Of a stretch of DNA of 64,000 nucleotides, positions 51,775 through 60,446 are shown in pieces. Positions within the stretch are counted from its first letter, which is position 1. Each line of letters starts with the position of its first letter. The notes under the pieces are model-generated. The model did no database searches and had not been told where the DNA came from. It saw only the letters and a list, made by a program, of their open reading frames with translations. Source of the DNA: Candidatus Obscuribacteraceae bacterium (GTDB taxonomy: Bacteria; Cyanobacteriota; Vampirovibrionia; Obscuribacterales; Obscuribacteraceae); assembly GCA_044226015.1 (NCBI GenBank), contig JBGAHS010000005.1, forward strand, positions 544,001 to 608,000, given 5' to 3'. The position numbers and the translations under genes are program-made.

Positions 51775-52742
51775 GGCTGCATCAGCACCGGGTTTATATC
51801 ACCATTCTTCTTGAAGCTAAGCTTGTCTATGGCAACACTTCGTCCTGTCGGCATCTTTCCGTCTGCTTTGGCGCGGTTCCATCGATGGTAAAAAACTAGC
51901 CAATCTTTCTTGTCTTTACTCTGCATCAAGCAGTGGTGCCCGGGTCCACTGTGAACCTTGTCGGTTGAAAGAATAACGCCTTTGTAAGTCCACTCACCGA
52001 AAAGTGAATCAGCCACCGAATAGCAAACCCGGTAGGAGTCGTCATTGTATCTTCCGTTACTGTAGCTGCAGTAATATTTGCCGTCCAAGTAATTGAAGAA
52101 GACTCCTTCAGTAAAATTCTGTGGTGTCTCTATGGGCATATCATGCTTTATGCTTACTAAGTCAGAGTTCAGTTCAAATGCTTTAAGTTTTGCACCAGCA
52201 CTACCTCCGCAAAACAAGTAGGTCTTGCCAGATTTTGGATCTTTGAAAATCATTGCGTCTATCGCTTCAAATTTATCATTTCCGGTAATCAGTGGCTTGC
52301 CGCTGTCAACGAAGGGACCCTCAGGAGAATTGCTCACGGCTACGCCAATTCGGCTTGGAGTCGGATTTTGCGGTCCTACAGAAAAGTAGAGGTAGTATTT
52401 CTTGTCGTTATGATAGACACCTGGTGCCCACAACTCGTGGTCTTTTGCACCATCGGCATCAATCCAGCTTACGTCACTCATTTGCAGTATTGGACCAGAT
52501 TTCTGCCAGTGAATTAAGTCTTCGCTGCTCTGGACGTATAGTTCCTTCTTTGCGGTATCTTCCGAGGTAAAGTAAACCCAATATTTGCCACGATCTAAAA
52601 TCACATCGGGGTCAGCACCTGCAAATTTTGGATTAGCTGGTGAAGTATTATGTCCTGGCACTTTGCTATGCACCTCAGAGACGTTGAATAAAGAAGTTGC
52701 TAGAGATGCAATGCTAGCCGCTATGAGCAGGCTGTTTTTCAT
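51771..52742 (-). CDS. Exported GH43 glycoside hydrolase
   Basis: ADP, WAP, AID, EG, GPGH motifs; signal-like MKNSLLIAASIASLATS from ATG 52742. Confidence 0.9.
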   Translation of the reverse strand: MKNSLLIAASIASLATSLFNVSEVHSKVPGHNTSPANPKFAGADPDVILDRGKYWVYFTSEDTAKKELYVQSSEDLIHWQKSGPILQMSDVSWIDADGAKDHELWAPGVYHNDKKYYLYFSVGPQNPTPSRIGVAVSNSPEGPFVDSGKPLITGNDKFEAIDAMIFKDPKSGKTYLFCGGSAGAKLKAFELNSDLVSIKHDMPIETPQNFTEGVFFNYLDGKYYCSYSNGRYNDDSYRVCYSVADSLFGEWTYKGVILSTDKVHSGPGHHCLMQSKDKKDWLVFYHRWNRAKADGKMPTGRSVAIDKLSFKKNGDINPVLMQP

Positions 52743-52743
52743 T

Positions 52744-53541
52744 TTAGTAACGCCTGCCACGAGAAAGAAAATTGAACTTTTCTTTAGTTGCTTCGAGTCG
52801 TGAATTATCGCCTCTGTCGGAAAGAACCTTGGCATATCGTTGCAAGGCGCGAGCCACATTCGGGTGTTTTTCCCCATAGATGTACTCTAATTTTTGTATT
52901 CCGCACGACATTGTTTCGCAAAAATTTTGATACTCCATTGGCATGCTAATCGCGCAGATGAGATCGGCCTTTATGTAGAGAGGATCTTCCACGCCGACTG
53001 CTGATATCAAAATATCAATTGCAGCGTTTATGTACTTGCTAGCTTCGCTCAACCTTCCCTGTAAGAGGTAAAGGGTTGATATATCGCACATTGTATAAGA
53101 AAGTTGAACGCATGATTCAACTCCTAAACTGGTGAGTATATCGGCTGATTCTAGAAGTTCTTTCTCGGCGACCCGGTAATTTTCTGTCGCAGTAAGTGCA
53201 TCTGCGTGAAATCGAAGTGCCACCGCCAGTAGTTCAGTCATTCTTGGATCAGAGCTGCTACGAAGTGAATCAACCGAGTGTTGCAGTTTGGAAGCTGCTT
53301 TCTTGTAATTGTTCTTTGCCAGTTCTACGGCTCCGAGTCCGATATCTGACGCTGCAATCGCAAAGTCTCGTTCAGGCAATTCATTTGCAAGTTCTCTTGC
53401 TCTGTTTAGAAGTGATTCTGCTTGTCTTGATTCTCCAGCTGAATATGCAAGACGAGCGCTGGCAACTAGCGACTTCCATCGCCTGCTTTTGGGGTCATCT
53501 GTGCTGATCGAATCGACTATTTTTTTCCTAACCATCATCAT
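52744..53541 (-). CDS. TPR-like protein
   Basis: Helical repeats ending YGEKHPNVARAL; stop 1 nt before the GH43 start. Confidence 0.8.
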   Translation of the reverse strand: MMMVRKKIVDSISTDDPKSRRWKSLVASARLAYSAGESRQAESLLNRARELANELPERDFAIAASDIGLGAVELAKNNYKKAASKLQHSVDSLRSSSDPRMTELLAVALRFHADALTATENYRVAEKELLESADILTSLGVESCVQLSYTMCDISTLYLLQGRLSEASKYINAAIDILISAVGVEDPLYIKADLICAISMPMEYQNFCETMSCGIQKLEYIYGEKHPNVARALQRYAKVLSDRGDNSRLEATKEKFNFLSRGRRY

Positions 53542-53736
53542 GAACTCTCGCAGTCAGAATTATCACGCCTTTACCTGGCAGGTTTTCAATCCTACCATAA
53601 CGGTAATCTTGGAAACACGTCAATAATCAATACAGACTAAACTCATCGCTCTAGTTTCCAAGCCTTTCCTGGAATATAATGCAAGCGTTTGTTCAGATCA
53701 GCTGCCGCGGCAACTGACTTTTTTTGAGAATTACGA

Positions 53737-55143
53737 ATGCGAATCTGTCTTATTTCGAGAGAGCTACCCCCAGACAGCGGCTGGGGAGGCATTGCTACCT
53801 ACACCTACCACCATGCGCACGCACTGAAAGCTCTCGGACATGATGTCGAAATATTTGCGCTTGCGGCCAATGATGCCGGTGCTGATAAATCAGGTCGGCG
53901 CGTCGAAGATGGAATAGTAGTGCATCGTTGCGTTGCTGAGCCATACATGGACGAGCTCGGCATGATGAAACTGTCGACACCATTCACCCATTTTGTACTT
54001 CGCAGTGTCCTTGCTCTTTCGAAAGCGATTTTGACTGAACATCTCAAGAATCCGTTCGATGTTGCAGAGGCTCCTGAGCATCTTGGTGAGGGACTCTGTC
54101 CTGGTCTTGTGAAATTGTTACCTCTTGTGGTTCGTTTGCATACTCCCCAATCGAAATTCATAAAGGAGAGATTTCACAATCTAACTCCTTCATTTGATCA
54201 AGAATTTGTCGCGATGATTGAACGTGTGGCAATGCTGTCGGCTGACGTAATCACCTCTCCAAGTAAAGACATGGCTGATTATGTCGCTGGTGACATGGGT
54301 TATCCGCGAAACAAGATTGAGATTATTCATAACCCCGTAAACGTTGAAAAGTTCTGCCCAGAAGGTGAGAAAGCCCTGCCTTCAGGCGAGAGTTTGAGAG
54401 TACTTTTTGTGGGAAGACTTGAGGAGAGAAAAGGCGTCCATTACTTGATCAAAGCTATTCCTTCCATAGTGTCCAAGTTTCCAAAATCAAAGTTTGTGAT
54501 CATCGGCGCTGACACAAATAATGCAAAAGGGCAAAGGTCTACCCTTTCTGAGTTGCAAGAACTCATGCAGGAAGCGGGCTGCAGTGATCATTTGACGTTT
54601 ATTCCTTATGTGCCACTGGCGCAGATTCCAGAGTATTATCGTTCGGCTGATATATGTGTTGTTCCATCTCTCTATGACAATGCACCGTGCACGGTGCTAG
54701 AGGGTATGGCTAGCGGTAAGCCGGTTGTAACCACCACTGCTGGTGGCAGCAAAGAATATGTTCTAGATGGGCACTCAGGATTTGTAGTGGCTCCAAAAGA
54801 TGCTGAAGCTTTGGCAGATGTCATCACTCGTTTGTTGCTGGACGACAACATGCGACGTACATTTGGTCAAAATGCAAGAACGAGAATTATCGAGTCCTTT
54901 CATCCTAAAAAGCTTGCTGAGGAGACGGTCGATATTTATAAAGTGGCTATTGATCGCTTCAAGCAGAGAAACACTGAACCTATTTATGGACGTGCCGCCG
55001 AAACCTTCATGGCTGATACAGAGAGCCTTCTGGCTGCTTATAACCGTATGCTCTATGATTTCCTTTATGCGAATTCATGGCGCTTTCATCTGCGTCATCG
55101 AGTGCGCAAAGCAATTTCAATTATAAGCAGGAAATTCCAATAA
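53737..55143 (+). CDS. Glycosyltransferase family 4
   Basis: SRELPP..GGI, FVGRLEERKG, VPSLYDN...LEGMASGKPVV. Confidence 0.93.
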   Translation: MRICLISRELPPDSGWGGIATYTYHHAHALKALGHDVEIFALAANDAGADKSGRRVEDGIVVHRCVAEPYMDELGMMKLSTPFTHFVLRSVLALSKAILTEHLKNPFDVAEAPEHLGEGLCPGLVKLLPLVVRLHTPQSKFIKERFHNLTPSFDQEFVAMIERVAMLSADVITSPSKDMADYVAGDMGYPRNKIEIIHNPVNVEKFCPEGEKALPSGESLRVLFVGRLEERKGVHYLIKAIPSIVSKFPKSKFVIIGADTNNAKGQRSTLSELQELMQEAGCSDHLTFIPYVPLAQIPEYYRSADICVVPSLYDNAPCTVLEGMASGKPVVTTTAGGSKEYVLDGHSGFVVAPKDAEALADVITRLLLDDNMRRTFGQNARTRIIESFHPKKLAEETVDIYKVAIDRFKQRNTEPIYGRAAETFMADTESLLAAYNRMLYDFLYANSWRFHLRHRVRKAISIISRKFQ

Positions 55144-55169
55144 ATTCTGGTACTAAGTAGAGCAAACCA

Positions 55170-55308
55170 CTTAGCTGATTCTCGCCAATTGGTCTAACTC
55201 TTGTTGCTAACTGACCCGGCTTAGCTTGGTTTCCATCAATTGAATTAGCTCTGGTTGCTATTCTTTGATCTTACTTAGCTTGTTTGGTGTCAATTGAATT
55301 AGCTTCTG
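55170..55308. repeat. Degenerate ~50-bp tandem repeat (3 units), the last overlapping the 3' end of the metalloprotease gene
   Basis: cttagct...caattg...tagct/taact at 55170, 55220, 55274. Confidence 0.6.
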
Positions 55309-58036
55309 CCTCTACTTTAGCAGCTTCATTATCCTTCTTGAGTTTTCGAAGAATATTTGCGTAGTTGTGGTAGGTCGCCAACTTAATGGCTGCGTTTCGA
55401 ATATTGTTTTGTAGTTTCATCGCCTTCTGCAATAGCGTCTCAGCTTCCGTTTCTTTTCCCTTGGTGCTCAATTCGATTGCGTAATTGTTGTAAGCACGGC
55501 TGAGATTTTCCTTCGCGAGATCATAGTTAGGGTCTAACTTCAATGCTGCTTCAAACTTTTCGATCGCCTGGGCATAAGCTTTAGAGGTCATGAGTTCAAC
55601 GCCTGCGTTATTCATTGCGTTCTTGTCGCTTGGGTCGTTGCTCTTAAATTTTGGAGTTAGGGCAATTTGCACATCTGAGGAATAGAGGTGCTTTATTGTT
55701 CCGACGTCGCGTGGTGAAAGTGCGACCTTCTGGTCAGCCGCTGGCATGCTGCAGAACATGATGTCAGTTGACTTAGGACTGTGACCAATTAGACCCATCG
55801 CGTGACCTATTTCGTGCAAGCAAACGGCTTGTACCTGGTTTTGGGTTAATGGCGAATCGGGCGTTGGGTCAGCTGTGAGAATAACTATTTTGACGTGCTC
55901 GATTCCTTTCGGCGACCAAGATACTTGTGCCTCACCACCTTCAGAAGGCGAGCTCACCTGTGAATAGTCGTTTGTCCATACGCAATCTATGTCAGCACCC
56001 TCTGCCTTATTTACAAATTCAAATTTGACTTTGTCTAGAGAAGCTGTGGACCATGCTTTGAAAGCGTCGTTCATAATGCCCTGGTATTCAGGTCTGAATC
56101 CAGGAACACGAGTGCCCGTTGCGACGTAGACCTTGAGAGGCAGTTTTGCATCAGCCCATTTCACTGTGCCACTAACTGTGGTGAACGCAAAATAGTCTGC
56201 CCCAGACGAGCTGTCCTTTCCGGAGGCAATAGATTGTTCAACAGCCGCCTGCTCTGCTGTTTCTGTTTCAAGATGCTTCACCAGGTCTTTTGCTTTGAGG
56301 GCTAGAGCGTCGTCGGGGAATCGTTTCAAATACTCTTTATAAGTTTGGACGCATTCCTTTAGCTTACCTGTTGTCTGAAAACTGGAAGCTAGATTAACCC
56401 ACGGAGCTGAACGGCTGGGGTCAATTGAAATAGATAGGCGGAGATGTTCGATTGCTTGGTCTGGCTGACCAAGTCTTGATAGTGCTAGCCCCAGGTTTGT
56501 ATGGGCAGAAGCCAACTCCGGATAGATATCGAGTGCTTTGGTCAAAATATCTGCTGCCATGCGGAATTTTTCCTGCCGCATCGCCTCATAGGCTTCATTA
56601 GCTAACAGCAATGCTTTGTATTCCTCTGCGGAAATGAGCCTGCCCTCTGCAAGATAACGAACCTTTCCCCATTGCTTGTCAGCGCCGGCTTTCTTTGCCG
56701 GTCTTTCGATGTACCAGGGTTTGCCAACGTCATTTGCGTTCGAAGCAATCTCGGTGGAAGTCTTGCTTGAGCCCTGTTGCGATGTTTGTTGAGCTGTTTG
56801 CTCTGCTTTCTTCTGTTGTTCTTGATTGAAAGCTAGCTGTTTTGCTTCAGCTTCTTGCTTTTGTTTCTCTGCTAGCTGTGCCTGCTTTTCGGCTGCGAGT
56901 CTGGTTTTCTCCGCTGCTTTCGCTTGCTCAGAGGCTATTCTGGCTTGCTCGGCCGCTTTGGCTTGTTCTTTCGCTAATCTTGCTTGTTCAGCAGCAGCAG
57001 CTTTTTCTGCTGCAACTTTGAGTTGCTCCTCTTGCTTTTTGGCTAGCTCAGCAGCTCTTTTTGATTCCTCTTCTTGTTTCTTTGCATTTTCTGCAGCGAG
57101 CTTTTCTTCTTCAACCTTCTTTTTCGCTTCAGCAACTTCCTTCTGATGCTCTAACTTGCGGCGATTCTCTTCCTCTTTTGAAGCCTTGTCCGCTTCGGCT
57201 TTCGCTAGTTTTTCAGCTTCTTTGTTTTTATCAGATTCTGCTTTGTTATCACCGCTGGCAATGGCTTCTTTGCCGCCTAGTTTTTTCTTGATGATATCGA
57301 GGTTATCTTGCGCACTGTCTATCGCGATGGAAGAGTCTGATGACTTTTTCAGCATTTCAACAGCGCGGCTTGCATAATCTTTTGCTTCCGAAAACTTGCC
57401 TTCGTTTCCTAAGACAGTGGCAAGCAAGTTCATGTATGTGCCCATTTCTTGCTGGTCGCCCTTCTGCTGGGCTATTTCAACTAGCTGTCTGTAATAAGAC
57501 TCTGCGGTTTCGAGGTTATTTTTCATTGACGCATAGCTTGCCATAGAAGGCAGAATGCTAATGAGTTTGGGATCTCTCGCTCCGAGTTTCTTCTTCCAAA
57601 TCTCGTCTACTCGACGCAAGAAAATTTCCGCTGCCATATGGTCGCCGAGCTGTTGGTTACACAGTGCGATTCCATAAAGTGACTCCGCAGCTTCCAGGCT
57701 TTCTGCTCCTAAAATGCGCTGCTGAACCGCCAAGGCCCTTTCATAATATTCTTTTGCAAGTGTGTAATTTTGCAAGCGAATATTAAGCTGTCCCATTTCG
57801 TAGAATGTTGAGCCAAGGCGAACGTCATCATCCTTGAACTTTGCCGTGTCGGTCATAGCCTGTTTTAGGAAGCTATTCGCTGTTTCGAAATCTCCCATTC
57901 GCAATGCATTTCGACCAGATTCGATGTGGTCTTCCCAGGGGCCTTTGCCTTTGGCGAGCACGCTCACTTGGCTGCTGAGCATGACACTCAAAACAGTTGC
58001 GGCGATAACACGATTAAGATAACTATGCTTTCGCAT
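55271..58036 (-). CDS. Secreted TPR / Ala-Glu-Lys coiled-coil / matrixin-type (M10-like) zinc metalloprotease
   Basis: Signal peptide (VLA|K), TPRs, TolA-like AEK-rich stalk, HEIGHAMGLIGHS with downstream DIM Met-turn, C-terminal TPRs. Confidence 0.88.
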   Translation of the reverse strand: MRKHSYLNRVIAATVLSVMLSSQVSVLAKGKGPWEDHIESGRNALRMGDFETANSFLKQAMTDTAKFKDDDVRLGSTFYEMGQLNIRLQNYTLAKEYYERALAVQQRILGAESLEAAESLYGIALCNQQLGDHMAAEIFLRRVDEIWKKKLGARDPKLISILPSMASYASMKNNLETAESYYRQLVEIAQQKGDQQEMGTYMNLLATVLGNEGKFSEAKDYASRAVEMLKKSSDSSIAIDSAQDNLDIIKKKLGGKEAIASGDNKAESDKNKEAEKLAKAEADKASKEEENRRKLEHQKEVAEAKKKVEEEKLAAENAKKQEEESKRAAELAKKQEEQLKVAAEKAAAAEQARLAKEQAKAAEQARIASEQAKAAEKTRLAAEKQAQLAEKQKQEAEAKQLAFNQEQQKKAEQTAQQTSQQGSSKTSTEIASNANDVGKPWYIERPAKKAGADKQWGKVRYLAEGRLISAEEYKALLLANEAYEAMRQEKFRMAADILTKALDIYPELASAHTNLGLALSRLGQPDQAIEHLRLSISIDPSRSAPWVNLASSFQTTGKLKECVQTYKEYLKRFPDDALALKAKDLVKHLETETAEQAAVEQSIASGKDSSSGADYFAFTTVSGTVKWADAKLPLKVYVATGTRVPGFRPEYQGIMNDAFKAWSTASLDKVKFEFVNKAEGADIDCVWTNDYSQVSSPSEGGEAQVSWSPKGIEHVKIVILTADPTPDSPLTQNQVQAVCLHEIGHAMGLIGHSPKSTDIMFCSMPAADQKVALSPRDVGTIKHLYSSDVQIALTPKFKSNDPSDKNAMNNAGVELMTSKAYAQAIEKFEAALKLDPNYDLAKENLSRAYNNYAIELSTKGKETEAETLLQKAMKLQNNIRNAAIKLATYHNYANILRKLKKDNEAAKVEAEANSIDTKQAK

Positions 58037-58077
58037 TTAGCCCTCCAAGAGCATTCAATTAGACTGACTTTTAGAAC

Positions 58078-58539
58078 TTACTTTGTCGAATACTTATTTT
58101 CGATAGCGAGAACCTTGTTTAGTCTGCGCTGATGACGCTCGGCTCCACTGAATTTCGCTTTGACAAAACTTTCCAGAACCTCCATCGCCAGATTTGGTCC
58201 AATAACGCGAGCGCCCATGCAAAGCACATTGGTGTCGTCATCTTCTCGACCCTGATGAGCTGAGAAGGTGTCATGGCAAAGTCCAGCTCTCACCCCTTTC
58301 ACTTTGTTTGCTGCTACGCAGGCACCAACTCCGCTACCACAGAGAACAACACCGATGTCGGCCTTCCCTGTACTTACGGCTTCGCCGACTGCTTCTGCAA
58401 AGTCTGGATAATCAACGGCTTGTTCGCTATTTGTTCCCAGGTCTAAAACCTCATGACCATTTTTCTTTAGATACTCAATAACTTGAGCTTTTAGGGGGAA
58501 ACCAGCATGGTCGCAGCCAATTGCTACTTTTTCAGGCAT
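58078..58539 (-). CDS. rpiB: Ribose-5-phosphate isomerase B
   Basis: GCDHAG, VDYPD, CGSGVG, ANKVKGVRA, RHQRR. Confidence 0.95.
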   Translation of the reverse strand: MPEKVAIGCDHAGFPLKAQVIEYLKKNGHEVLDLGTNSEQAVDYPDFAEAVGEAVSTGKADIGVVLCGSGVGACVAANKVKGVRAGLCHDTFSAHQGREDDDTNVLCMGARVIGPNLAMEVLESFVKAKFSGAERHQRRLNKVLAIENKYSTK

Positions 58540-58663
58540 GAGAAATTGCTCCTGAGCGGAAAGTGTGGATAGGGGCTATTCTAATATATGTAGGTTTTTC
58601 CAAGGGCTTTTCGGCTGCAGCTTTCACAAAACGCATTCAGCTTGCTTTGTGATTTTGTGCTAA

Positions 58664-58773
58664 GGAGGCAGCGGTTTGACAACTATGTTGCGGTTCCTTA
58701 AACGGCGATAAAAGGGACCATCTGGAAAGACTTGCGGCACAAAGGTCTCCTGTGTCGCCAATGCGATGCCTCC
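58664..58773 (+). promoter_or_regulatory. Candidate structured RNA/leader containing an 11-codon uORF (MTTMLRFLKRR, 58676-58711)
   Basis: Closing stem ggaggca/tgcctcc with internal hairpins; TAAGGAGG 7 nt before TTG. Confidence 0.3.
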
Positions 58774-58857
58774 AGTTTTGTTTCCAGTTAAAGCACGCCT
58801 AAAGTGACCTGTTGATATACTGTTCTCGGGTCGACAGGCAAAGATTAAGCCGAGCAC

Positions 58858-59925
58858 ATGAGCCGTACCGGAATACTGCAAAATAGATATCGAATCGAGT
58901 CCATGCTCGGTCAGGGTGGCATGGGCACCGTCTATCTTGCTAAAGACACGCGTCTTGACGATCGTCTCTGCGTAGTGAAAGAACTTCGAGATGATTTTTA
59001 TCGCGATGAGGACAAGCAGCGCGCTCTAAGTTTCTTCGATCGAGAAGCGCGAATGTTGGCTCGATTGAAACAACGAAACATCGTCCAAGTTAGTGATTAC
59101 TTCAGTGAGGAAGGAAAGTACTTCCTCGTGATGGAGTATGTTGATGGCGAAAATTTGCATAGCATTATGCAAAAGCGCGAAGGCGACCCGTTTGAGGAAG
59201 CACAAGTCTTGCACTGGGCAAAAGAAATTTGCGACGTGCTTTCTTACCTTCATGCTCAAGAGCCTCCGGTAATATATCGAGATTTGAAGCCGAGCAATAT
59301 CATGATCAATTCCGATGGGCAATTGAAACTGGTTGATTTCGGCATTGCAAGAAAAATAGAACAAGAAGACGAAAACACGCGCGTTGTTTCGGCGGGTTAT
59401 TCACCACCAGAACAGTATTGGGGTCAGGCAAATATTCAGTCTGATATTTACTCGCTTGGCGCAACGATGTATTTTCTCCTGAGTGGAAGAGACCCTGAAC
59501 CGTTGAAGTCAAATTCGCCACGCGAAATCAACCCCGAGGTGTCGGAATATCTAGATGAGCTCATACAGAAGTGCATGGCTCAAGATGTGAATCAGCGTTA
59601 CACCAATACAAGAGAATTGCATGAGGCACTTCTATACGCTGATTATGAGGAAGAGCCCAATAATCCGAAGGGCTGGTTTACCCGCAATGTTGCAGGTGTG
59701 ATTTTTATTGTGGTTCTTGCGCTTGTGTTTATCGGTTGGGAGCCAATAGTAAATTCTTTCAAGAATGAACCAGTGAAGAAGACGAACGCGCCGCTTGCCT
59801 CGCCGACGAATAAATCCTCAGATGACCCGACTTATGTCGATCCCCTACTTAGAGGGGCTGCACCGCAAAAGAATTTTGCACTTCAGGTGACTGATGAGAA
59901 GAGCCTTACCGATCCCGGCAATTGA
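58858..59925 (+). CDS. Ser/Thr protein kinase with C-terminal TM helix
   Basis: GQGGMG, VVKE, YRDLKPSN, DFG, YSPPEQ; TM VAGVIFIVVLALVFIGW. Confidence 0.93.
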   Translation: MSRTGILQNRYRIESMLGQGGMGTVYLAKDTRLDDRLCVVKELRDDFYRDEDKQRALSFFDREARMLARLKQRNIVQVSDYFSEEGKYFLVMEYVDGENLHSIMQKREGDPFEEAQVLHWAKEICDVLSYLHAQEPPVIYRDLKPSNIMINSDGQLKLVDFGIARKIEQEDENTRVVSAGYSPPEQYWGQANIQSDIYSLGATMYFLLSGRDPEPLKSNSPREINPEVSEYLDELIQKCMAQDVNQRYTNTRELHEALLYADYEEEPNNPKGWFTRNVAGVIFIVVLALVFIGWEPIVNSFKNEPVKKTNAPLASPTNKSSDDPTYVDPLLRGAAPQKNFALQVTDEKSLTDPGN

Positions 59926-59994
59926 TCACTTACGCATGTTTTGAAGTTCTCAAATGTTTTCAAAACACAATAGCGATGTCTGAGTGAAACCCAA

Positions 59995-60180
59995 ATCACA
60001 GTTAAAGCGTGCAGTTGAGATCGAGCTGCAATGGCACGTGTTTTTCGACTACATGCTGTGGAATTCTTGTTGCTGTAGACATTCAAACTTCGGTCTTGAA
60101 ATGCTGCAACAGCGCTCGCGCAAGATGCGTACAGTTGAGCATGCTTGCGTGTCGGTGACTTAGCTTTTGTGCTAACTGAT
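59995..60180. ncRNA. Candidate ~185-nt rod-like structured RNA with C(UUCG)G apical loop
   Basis: Nested complementary segments centred on 60088-60093, paired by eye. Confidence 0.25.
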
Positions 60181-60446
60181 CTTGTATGGCTCACCATATC
60201 TGGTGGCGATGGCAACACTCTTGTGTGATGGCGCCTATGGTGGCAGAATTAGCCAAATTTACGGAACAAGAAGCTATGACTTTGAATTAGTTTCTATCTA
60301 CACTCACTTGTCTTTCTGCCCTTTTGGCGCACAGCGCAAGCTTGCTTGGGTACGCGGTGAAAAAGCAGTTCATTTGAAGTGTTGGCAAATTGATGACAGT
60401 GTCACAATATTTGGGATAATGATGTTAATTGGTTAGAGGCTGTTCT

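Noticed and set aside
52743..52877. N-terminal extension of the GH43 ORF overlapping the TPR gene
   Set aside because: ATG 52742 gives a signal peptide and removes the overlap.
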